A stretch of DNA of 58,183 nt, filler included, from Sphacelaria rigidula (Eukaryota): the NCBI GenBank assembly GCA_964200075.2. It is 5 parts of 5 records of this genome, joined end to end, with 100 filler letters (N's around TTAATTAATTAA, not from the genome) between each part and the next. Parts side by side here need not be neighbours in the genome. Positions count along the whole stretch, not along the records: positions 46,629 to 58,183 come from CAXNAA020004789.1; 4 more parts are not named here. The stretch is one strand, 5' to 3'. The position numbers and the translations under genes are program-made. The notes below the pieces were generated by a model. The model was not told the DNA's origin. It saw nothing but the letters and a program-made list of their open reading frames with translations, and did no database searches. Positions 49,314 through 58,183 of this stretch are shown here, in pieces. The first letter of the stretch is position 1; each line of letters begins with the position of its first letter.

Positions 49314-52300
49314 ATGTCGGACGATATTTCGCACGAGGTGGAGGTGGGGAACACGGAGCTATCCGTGCGTTTCCTAGAGGCAAGGCACGGAAAAGACATG
49401 GTAGCCGCAAACATCAGAGCAAGGCAGATGTTGGTGGCGAGTCTGGACCACAGAAAGGATCGAGATATTTTGCTCCGAACTCCCTCTCCAGCAGCTGCAT
49501 GGCGTGAACTGAATGAATTCTACAGTCCTACGACCAACAGGGCTAGGTTGGCGCATCTAGAGAAGTATGCTGATGTGAAGGTTGGAATTCGTGATGACCC
49601 GGTTCAAACACTGATCGAGATGGAAGAAGTGGCGACGCAGTCGAAATCAAAGGACACCAGCATCAACCTGACGGGGGCTCGACCCTCCTTAATTTTGTCA
49701 ATGCGCTTCCCCCGGAGTACAATTTCAGAAGCAAGCGCCAAAGGACCGGAAGGGCCCACTCACAAGGGAAATCGTGGTAGGGTCGATTCGAAAACGTTTA
49801 GAATCGGCACTCTTCAAGCAGGAACTGGCCAAGCAAGGAAAAATGGTTTCCTCAGGCGACCAGGCCCTTGCTGCCAAGGGCCAACCCGAGAGACCTAACG
49901 GCCCACGCTGGAAAGCAAAACCGGGGGAAAGCCAGGACCCAGGTCGCGGTGGCAACGAGGACCAGGGCAACAGTAGCCAGTCGTCGACCTCGCCGCAGAA
50001 TAGCCAATCGGGGGCTGGGACGACGTGGCGACGCCATATCTGTCAGAAGATGACGACATATCGGTCAAGAAACTGTCTGGATAGATACTGTGATAAGTGT
50101 AGGAAGCGGGGGCACCAACTACTTGACTGCCCGAAGTCTGGAAAAGACGTGGTTATGGCGATGGGCTTAGTAAGCGACGGTGTCGACGACGACTCCATTT
50201 TCTCGGATGCTGATGCGGAGGCGTTCACCAGCATCGACATGACGAAGGCTGGCGAAGACACCACAGGCGAGTGTGCGTTTGTTATTTAGAAGGGGGCTAC
50301 AGAGCAGCAACATGGGGGCGAGCCGTGGGTGTTTGACACGGGGGAAACCCAGCATTTTTCGCCAGATGCGTGTAAGATGACGGAATATCGATACTGCAAG
50401 GATACGGTTCTGCGGGCGGCGGGAGGCGGTACCTAGCGGATCGTGGGCAGAGGAAATTTGACTCTCGCCTCTGGCGGACATGATGTAGTTTTACGTATGA
50501 AAAATGTAGATCACGCACCAGGCGTCCGTCACCATATTTTGTCACTGACTAGAGTCTCCACTGCAGGCCACACCTATATTGGAACACGTGAAGGCTTTCG
50601 GGTTGAGTTCAAGTCAGGCAACACCCTGAATATCCCCGGTCAACACAGACTCCTCAAAATGTACACCCACCGAATTGGTCCAGACAGTCATGACAAGCAT
50701 GCATCACCATGCGCTATGATTGCCGGGGGGCAACATCTAATCCCTCAGTCGTTGATATCAACGATTTTCATTGTTCTCATGCACACGCGCACTAGTCACT
50801 ACTACGGCAAACAGCCAAGCAACTTGGAATGGAGCTGCGTGGTGGACTGAGATCCTGCTGAGGATGCTCGGAGGGGAAAGGACTGCGACGGCCCATCTCA
50901 AGATCGACTCATACAATGGCAGTTAAGCCCGCATCTAGAGTGTTCGTAGATCTCACAGGGCCAAAACCAGTTAGATCCCGCGGGGGAAGGTGGTACATGA
51001 TGGCTGTCCGTGACGATTACTCCCGGTACACTAGACGGTACTTTCTCTGCACGAGGGATGAGGCAAAACAGTACTTCATCAAGTACATCGCCGAAATTCC
51101 CCCTACGAAAGTCGAGATGGTTCGCAGCGATAGGAGAGATGAATTCTCCGAGGGTGCGTTTGAAGAAATATGCGATAAGGAGAAAATAAGGCAAGAAGAA
51201 GAAACTGCCAACTCTCCACAGTTCAACGATGTAGCGGAACGCGCAATAGGCACCATTAAGTCAGCCGCCCCTGCGGCCAAAATGCAAACATCGCAAATGT
51301 ACCCGAACCAAAATGTTCCGAGTGGTGGAAATCTGAGGGCGGAGCAAGGAAACTGGGCGTAAAATGCTTTGAACTGTACCGCAACCTCAGCTAATTCGGG
51401 GAACAAGACGCCATAAAAGATGTGGCACGGATCCCCACCGGACAAGAACCTACCTCCTTTCCTGACAACCGGGGTTTGTAGGGTACAGAGGACAGACAAG
51501 TTGCAACGGAAAAATGAATGATGCTGGCACCTCGGTCCAGCCCCAGGATACCGTGCGACGCTGTGCGAGTGATCACCGAAACAGGGAAAACTATCGCGAC
51601 CAGACATGTAACATGGGCATATGTTCCCCCCACTCCTTCCCCGGCTCCACAGCAAGCGATGCCGACGCCCGGCGGAGCGAGGGATGAACAAATCGAAGGA
51701 GTACCGGCCGGCAGCGAGTCTGTGGAACAAACCCCAGTCGTGGGCGCCTCACCACGCGGTTCCCGTCACGTGTCGTTCTCGCTACCGAACTCCGAAGGGA
51801 GGGCAGGCGACATCACACCGCGAATCCACGCTGATGGCGGGGGAGGGCGTGGATTGATTTTACCGTCTCCTTGCGGAGGCGAGGAAGGCGGGGCGATAAA
51901 AAAAACACCGTTCAAGATTCCATCGATGATCGGGGCTCGGCGCCGCCTACACCGCCGTCGTCGGTGGCGCCGACAACACCACCGACTACGCCGACATCAG
52001 CAGCGCCGCCCACATCAAGAATGCCGACCGAGCAATCACCCGCATCGCCGGTACCGCACTCATCATCAACAACCTCGTCATCAGTGCCGCCGACAACCGT
52101 TGACACCCCCGAGCACAACGACGGGGGAGGCGGTGGAGCTCCTGAACTCCGAAGGACGGAGCTACACCTTTGCCTCCCCAAATGGTAGTTTGCACACGCA
52201 GTGCGACAAGAGCGGCAGCTGAACGGGAAGGATGAGCAACGGCGACATATGAGGTGGAGAAACTCATTGCGGCGCGAACAGAGGAATACTTTTCCCCCTG

Positions 52301-54100
52301 ATGAAGAGAGCTGAACCGGAAAGCGTACTTTACGGGATGGCAGGGGAGTGATGCGAGACGACGGACTTGATCCCTGCAGCAGCCGGGCCGGAAGCGGGAG
52401 TCAGCGCAGCCGTGATGGTCGAGGAGACCCTCGAAGAGCAAGAATGTTCTTGTCCAGCGACAGAAAGCAACAAAGAGTGAGAGTCTAGCTTTGGTTTTCG
52501 TTCCCCCGTCAGCCTTCATATACGAGACATCGAGAGCCCTCCCCATAACAGTAGAGGATGTGGATAAATCAGAGTACAACAAGTATGGGTGAGTGCTCTG
52601 CGTGCACAGCTGAACGGGCATAAAACCGCCGGTACGTTCTCGAGTGACGAAATCCCAGGAGGGGTAAACTTCAAAACAGCAAAGTAGGTGTTCAATTGCA
52701 AGAGCGACGCTAACGGATTAATCAGCAAAGCGAAAGGCGAGACTTATTGCGCGTGAAAATTGCCAAACACTTGCTGTTGGTTACTTCGAGACTTTTGCAG
52801 CCACTCCAGCCACGACATCAATAGAGTTGGTCATAGCCATTGCAGTGCAGGACGGATGATCACTATATCATTTTGATGTTACCCAGGATTTTGTGCGAGC
52901 AAAAATGAACACGAATGTGTTCATGAAGGTCCCAGACGGGTGTGCCCCCCTGACGGTCAATAGACTGAGACTCGAAAGATCCATGTATGCCATCAAGCAC
53001 GCAGGGCGGCAATAGTCCTTTCTCCTAAATAATACTCCGGTAAAGTACGCAGGGATGTCGCAAAGTAAAGCCGACCCTTGCGTATACAAGAAGGAAGAAA
53101 GGGGGCGTGTATATGCCATACTAGTTGTGCATGTAGACGACGTCTTAATTGATCGGAGGAGAAACAAAAAGAGTAGGAAACGTCTGTGATATCCTCAATC
53201 GACAAGAAATTCCCGACAAACAACCTAGGTGAAGTTCAGTCTGGTACACAGGGTGTGCCATAGAGAGGGACTGGAAAGGGAGTATGATATACGAAGTGTG
53301 TACGTAAAAATTATTTTCATCGACACCCTATTGAAGTGGTCCAGAGTTACGGATTTCTCTGATATCCCCGCCTCAATTTCAGCCGACTTGGGACAAGTGA
53401 ATCGGGGAGATACGGTGGTAGATAGACCATACCGGAGTGCAGTAGGAGGACTGATGTGGTTGGCTGGTGTAACTAGGCCTGATATATCCAATGCAGCCCG
53501 GGCTCTGGCCCGGCAATCTCATGATTCATGTGAGAGACACTGGCAGGTAGTGTTAAAGGTCCTAGCGTACCTGAACAAGACTAAATAGGAACTACGGTTT
53601 GACGTTCAGGAGAGAGTGTGCTGTCAGTGTACTGCGATGCCGACTACGCAAATAAAGAGACGGATAGGCGATCGGCTTCCGGGGTAACGGTAATGTACGG
53701 AGGAGTTGCAGTATCTAGTACCAGTCGCACGCAACACTGCGCTACCCTCTCCACAACCGAGGCCGAGTATGTGGCAATAGCTGCAGGGGCGAAGGACTGT
53801 ATGTTTGTCAACTCGGTCCTGTCTTTCTTACAACCAAGGGTTGTGCTGGGACGAGATGCAGAATACGATATTTTTTTATGAGGACAACGAGGAGGCTAAG
53901 GCTCTGGCCGAAAACCCTCTCAGCTCAGGTCGCGGCGAGCACATAGACATGAGGTGGCATTTTATTCAGGGCTTGGTTAGGGCAAAGGCCACTAGGACCG
54001 TGCATGTAGATTCAGAGTGGCAACACGCTGATATTCTGATGAAATTCGCTCCCACTCACCTTGTTCAAGAGCCATCGGCGTGCCTCGACGAATATAGGAG
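49314..54100 (+). pseudogene. Disrupted copia gag-pol polyprotein
   Basis: Gag (AAWRELNEFY), zinc knuckle CDKCRKRGHQLLDC (~50090), protease WVFDTGETQHF (~50325) and integrase core (VFVDLTGP, RDDYSRY, VRSD, PQFNDVAER; 50916-51362) are recognisable. So are RT (HFDVTQDF, VVHVDD, PYRSAVGGLMWL..TRPDI) and RNase H (YCDADYA..DRRS, STTEAEYVA, YEDN, HIDMRWHF). There are many stops and frameshifts. Confidence 0.93.
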
Positions 54101-54424
54101 ACAACGAGTAGGCGCATGTTCTTTTTTGTGTCTTTCGATTTGTTAGCTCTAGACGTTTCAGGTCATGGTTTCCGTGATGCATTTGTGCGTATGTCGGGTG
54201 AAGTCACTCACGCTACTTTGTGGGGCATGAGTTTGTAGGGCATTTCCCAATGTAACGCGCATGTGCCCCGGCCTGGGCGTCTTCAAAAAGGAGCTGTTGG
54301 ATTTTGAGCACAAGCGTTGGAGATTGGGTAGAGGGGATTTTCCCTCGGAAGATCGAGTTTCCTCATGAAACTCTCTTCATTTTCAAAGAAAGCTGTAAGC
54401 ACTGACGCATCAGATCAGGGGGCG

Positions 54425-54680
54425 TGTTCGAGTGACTCAGATACACCCCGTCATGCCGGATCTACGTAGAACAGGGGATCGGGGTGACGTTCGAGTACCG
54501 ACAAGTCAAGTGTATGCAAACGTGGTACAGTACAGTAGACGGACGGGGCAGACAGCCCCACCCCGAATCACTCGTCGGCTTCCCCACTCTCTTCTATACT
54601 CTCCCGAGTTATATCATTACTTGGGTGCTATCTAGTAAACGATACAAACGATATACCCTGTACCTGAGCCAAGGAATACA
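54425..54680 (+). repeat. 3' LTR
   Basis: TG...CA termini: TGTTCGAGTGACTCAGATACACCC ... GCCAAGGAATACA. Confidence 0.93.
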
Positions 54681-55887
54681 TTCCTGCAGAGTTAGTGTTG
54701 CAAGTCGCACAGTAGGATCAAGTGCTGTGTGCGATCTCCCGATGAGATCTTGATCCATTCTCGCGCACGCTCCAAGTTGGTAGCATAGTGATCACACCAG
54801 GGCAAGCTGAATTGCCGACTTGAACTAGGGTTGATGTCGAGCATGCTGGTTGCGCAAACCCTGTGGAAGAGGTCAACTCTGTGTAATTCTCTCGACCACA
54901 TGTTGTGAACGCAACAGGTACAAAATAGCAACATACTTTCTGTTTCGAACAGCCCATACGTGAAGGCATACGAATGAAAAGTTGTCATCTACCTCGAGCA
55001 TCACTGCAAGCTAGCTTCCGAGTGGGTATTCGTTCAAGTCCGCCACAATTCGGCTGTTTCCTTGCACGTCTATTCTATCATCCACTGTACCGCATAGGTT
55101 TACCTGTTCGTGGTGCTGCGCCTGCCGCATGATGCTCGTGTAGGGTTTTGGGAACCCACTCATGCTTGCCTGTTTTCCGATCTCCTGACACGATTTTTCG
55201 GCCGCTCTAAATTGCCCGACAGTTCAAAGCGGTGCAGACATCTTTGAAGGAGTCGAGGGATTCACAGCGCTCCTTGATTCAGCGAGTGAGTACATACCTG
55301 TTGCCGACACTTGTTGGGTATACTGTTTCGTGCTCTCCTTGTATATTGCTGCAAATACGTCTCATACGTGTCCGTATTATCATTTCACGATGGACGAGAA
55401 AGAATGACGGGCGAATCGGACTTGGGAAATAACTATTCGAACCCCGTCGAACTCGCAAATTACTATTGTCACCGTAGTTCCGCTATACCAAAATTGTCAC
55501 CTAATGTGATCACGGCCACCTGCTACACATCTACAGTACCGGCCCGTTGCAAAATACGGCACACCTGACATACATAGAGGTAGCTCAAAGTGAATGAAAA
55601 ATACTCTCGCGCGAAGCGCGATTATGGCCGAGCCTTCAAAATGGGCATCCAGCCAAGTTTGAGCACCCGTTCAAAATCAGGGGAAGAACTAACACGTGGG
55701 GGACAGGTTCTGTTTCACTGTACTGCAGCGCCAACACACTCACGCCCTCTCTCATGTGCTGTAGCTGTAACTGTACCGTGGTATGTTTAGAACTTGCGAA
55801 GGCGGTTTGGTCTTCACCCGAAGATGGCCTGGTCTCCGCTGGGACTGCCTGAGCTGCTTTATTGTCGTTTTGTTCGTTTCTGCAGAA

Positions 55888-55926
<39 letters not shown>
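55888..55926. repeat. (AAT)n microsatellite
   Basis: About 13 perfect AAT units. Confidence 0.95.
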
Positions 55927-55927
<1 letters not shown>

Positions 55928-56338
55928 TTAGTCGCCACGCCGTACTGCCTACACACTGCTGAAAATTTCATAGGTGTGTTGGCTGTTTCGTCTACCGTGA
56001 AATGAACAAGGCGATGCCCACACCCATCATTCTTATGCTTCAGTTATCGCTGTGCGTTTGAACCCTCTGCGAACACGGTTCGATGATCTGCGCTGGAGGA
56101 TGACTGAACTGCTGTACTCCTGCCATGTTCCGGTCTATACAGAATTGGGGTGGGACCGAAGTGCTCTCTGTACATGGGTGACAAAATCACGTGATGGCTG
56201 TGCAGCTTTTCGTTGTGTCTTCTTTGGTACTTCGGTTGTAGTCGAGCGCTGAGGTCGGGGAAGGCACACAAGGCAGGTGCGTGTAGGTCGAGGTAAACAA
56301 ACTGAGCCATCACGGACGGCTGTATCCTTAGCGATTAA

Positions 56339-56758
56339 CAGTGGATTCTCGAAAATGGGGCTGAAAACAAATGAGGTTAAACTCAAAAGCCGTGCTTTCC
56401 CTGACCTAAATTCATGACAAATGACTTTCATACGGACGACCTCATCCCTCCCGATCTGCCTAAAACTATTTTGGGGGATTTCTAGCCTTCCGTTCCCCGA
56501 AAGGGTATGTTCGAAAGCACACTTTTGTCTCAATTTCGGGGTGAAAAAAAGGACGTTTTTTGGTCCAAAAATTGTGCTTTTGCACATACCCTTTGCGGGG
56601 AACGTAAGGCTAGAAATCCCCCGAACTAGTTTTAGGCAGGTCGGGAGGGATGGGGTCGTCCATATGAAAGTTATTTGTCATTAATTCAGGTAAGAGAAAA
56701 CACGGCTTCTGAGTAGAACCTCATACATTTTTTCAACCCCATTCTCGAGAATTCACTG
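56339..56758. mobile_element. 420-bp foldback MITE (CAGTG termini, ~190-bp inverted arms)
   Basis: CAGTGGATTCTCGA ... TCGAGAATTCACTG. The arms pair along their length, for example GGGGATTTCTAGCCTTCCGTTCCCCGAAAGGGTATG with CATACCCTTTGCGGGGAACGTAAGGCTAGAAATCCCC. Confidence 0.88.
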
Positions 56759-58183
56759 TCGATGGATGGTCGCAGCTGTCCCCCTCGCAGCGCCGCAATG
56801 TGTGGGCCAATCAAAGCCATTTCACAACTCATGGGCATAACGTAGCTCTCGATTGATCAGTGGGAGGCCCCCGCATTTTCGTGCTTTGGAATACTGTGAT
56901 CAGTAAAAAAATGTCACATCTCATATTTTTTGTCCCTCTCTGTGGGCCTCGTTACAAATAAACGGACCATTGAGGATTCGAGCCCCAAAAATTTCATATC
57001 TCAGGATATTCCTTTCCAAAAATCGTGCTCAGGTGTTTTACGCACATGAATAAACGAATAACGGACGGCAAACTTCATGGCTTCTATACATATACTAAAC
57101 ACGGGGAATGAATAGAGATGAGCTGGGGCGGGAATCACATCCCCTCGTTTGTCTTTTCCTGGTGCAGACGCCACCTCAGCGGGCGAGGATATTGTCGGCA
57201 AGAGCAATTTAGTGGCTTGGAGGTGAAAAGTCTGAATGACGAGCCTTGGAGATCAAAAGCCTAAATGACGAGGGGTGGCTTATTGACACATATGACGTCT
57301 TCATCTATCAAGAAGGCGGGTGAAATGCCATGTGATATATGAAACGGAGAAGGAGGAAAATTCCGGATTCAATGCTAACGGCGTCAAGAAATGGTCCTTC
57401 AAAAATCGCGTGATCATGGTATTAATGACCACCACGTTAAGATTCTCAGCGGGCCCATACCGTGCTGATGAGAGCGTGATGGCCTCACGAATATACAGCA
57501 CGAGCTCTGCCATCGTGTCGTGGCTACCTCTGTCGTGGCTACCTTAAACGTCGATTATTTAAAAATCCTTCCTGTTTCGTTGTGGACTTCTCCCGAATAT
57601 CTGAGTAAGTGTTGCGGAGGCTGATGCCGCACGGTACTTCTCTTGAGTATAGAGTGGCCCTGTGTTAGCACGTGTAACATAGGTCCATACTTCCGATGCC
57701 CTGGTACCCAGTGCACGTCTGCTGGAATGCAAGAGAAATACCTGAAACACAACACCACATCATCACTCGCCCGAAGGATTAGGTACAGTCCCATGCGTTT
57801 TTCTCGACCACTGGGAAAACAAAAGCCGACAGACCTTTCATTCACCGCCGAAATGAAATGCAGAATTGATTGCCTGTCAGCGGAGTAACCTAACTCTCTC
57901 TCCCATTCCCCCCCTGCCCCTCCGCCCCGCCTTCTCCCTTGGTTTCGCGTTCAACCTGTGCTGCGCGGCCGTGGAGCAGTGCAATCAGCTTAAGTCGGAC
58001 CTGGTCACCAGTGGTGAGGTCCCATTTGCAGACCAACGTGTTGAGAACGTGCTTTCTCAACATTCGGTGCCGAACTCGGACTCATGCTTCGATAGGGGGC
58101 AGGGGGGGGGTTCAGTCATGATCTTGCATGCCATATTCATAACACCATTATCGCGAGGTCAATGGTCTCACGATAGAATGGGG

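Larger units (their letters stand above)
48472..54680 (+). mobile_element. Ty1/copia LTR retrotransposon, full length but decayed
   Basis: Two ~257-bp LTRs flank the gag-PR-IN-RT-RH domain order diagnostic of copia. A polypurine tract AGGGGGCG lies immediately before the 3' LTR. Confidence 0.96.

Noticed and set aside
51..58121. Most short ORFs in the supplied track; also Fanzor/TnpB or giant-virus genes
   Set aside because: The short ORFs are shadow frames or repeat-derived with no recognisable motifs. I saw no RuvC/TnpB signature or NCLDV core gene by eye.

Overview
This is eukaryotic nuclear DNA, probably from a brown alga or other stramenopile (inferred from long repeat-filled GT-AG introns, roughly balanced GC and the repeat types). 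It is not one locus. It is five separate contigs of 11558, 11557, 11557, 11556 and 11555 bp joined by artificial 100-bp spacers (44 N, TTAATTAATTAA, 44 N). Contig 1 holds a tRNA-Ser(GCT) and the first two exons of an Era/ERAL1 GTPase. Contig 2 holds six exons of splicing factor RBM22/Slt11. Contig 3 holds six exons of the MTR4 RNA helicase on the minus strand. Contig 4 holds an uncharacterised multi-exon minus-strand gene with a duplicated ~120-aa block and a bulb-lectin-like motif. Contig 5 holds a decayed Ty1/copia LTR retrotransposon. The rest is dense with non-autonomous elements: TA-flanked Tc1/mariner-type, 8-bp-TSD hAT-type, TTAA piggyBac-type and 3-bp-TSD PIF/Harbinger-type MITEs, foldbacks and a tRNA-derived SINE, often nested. 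I found no convincing new multi-gene system. The best leads are the contig 4 gene, IQ-like repeats carried inside a TIR element, and a probably chimeric copia.
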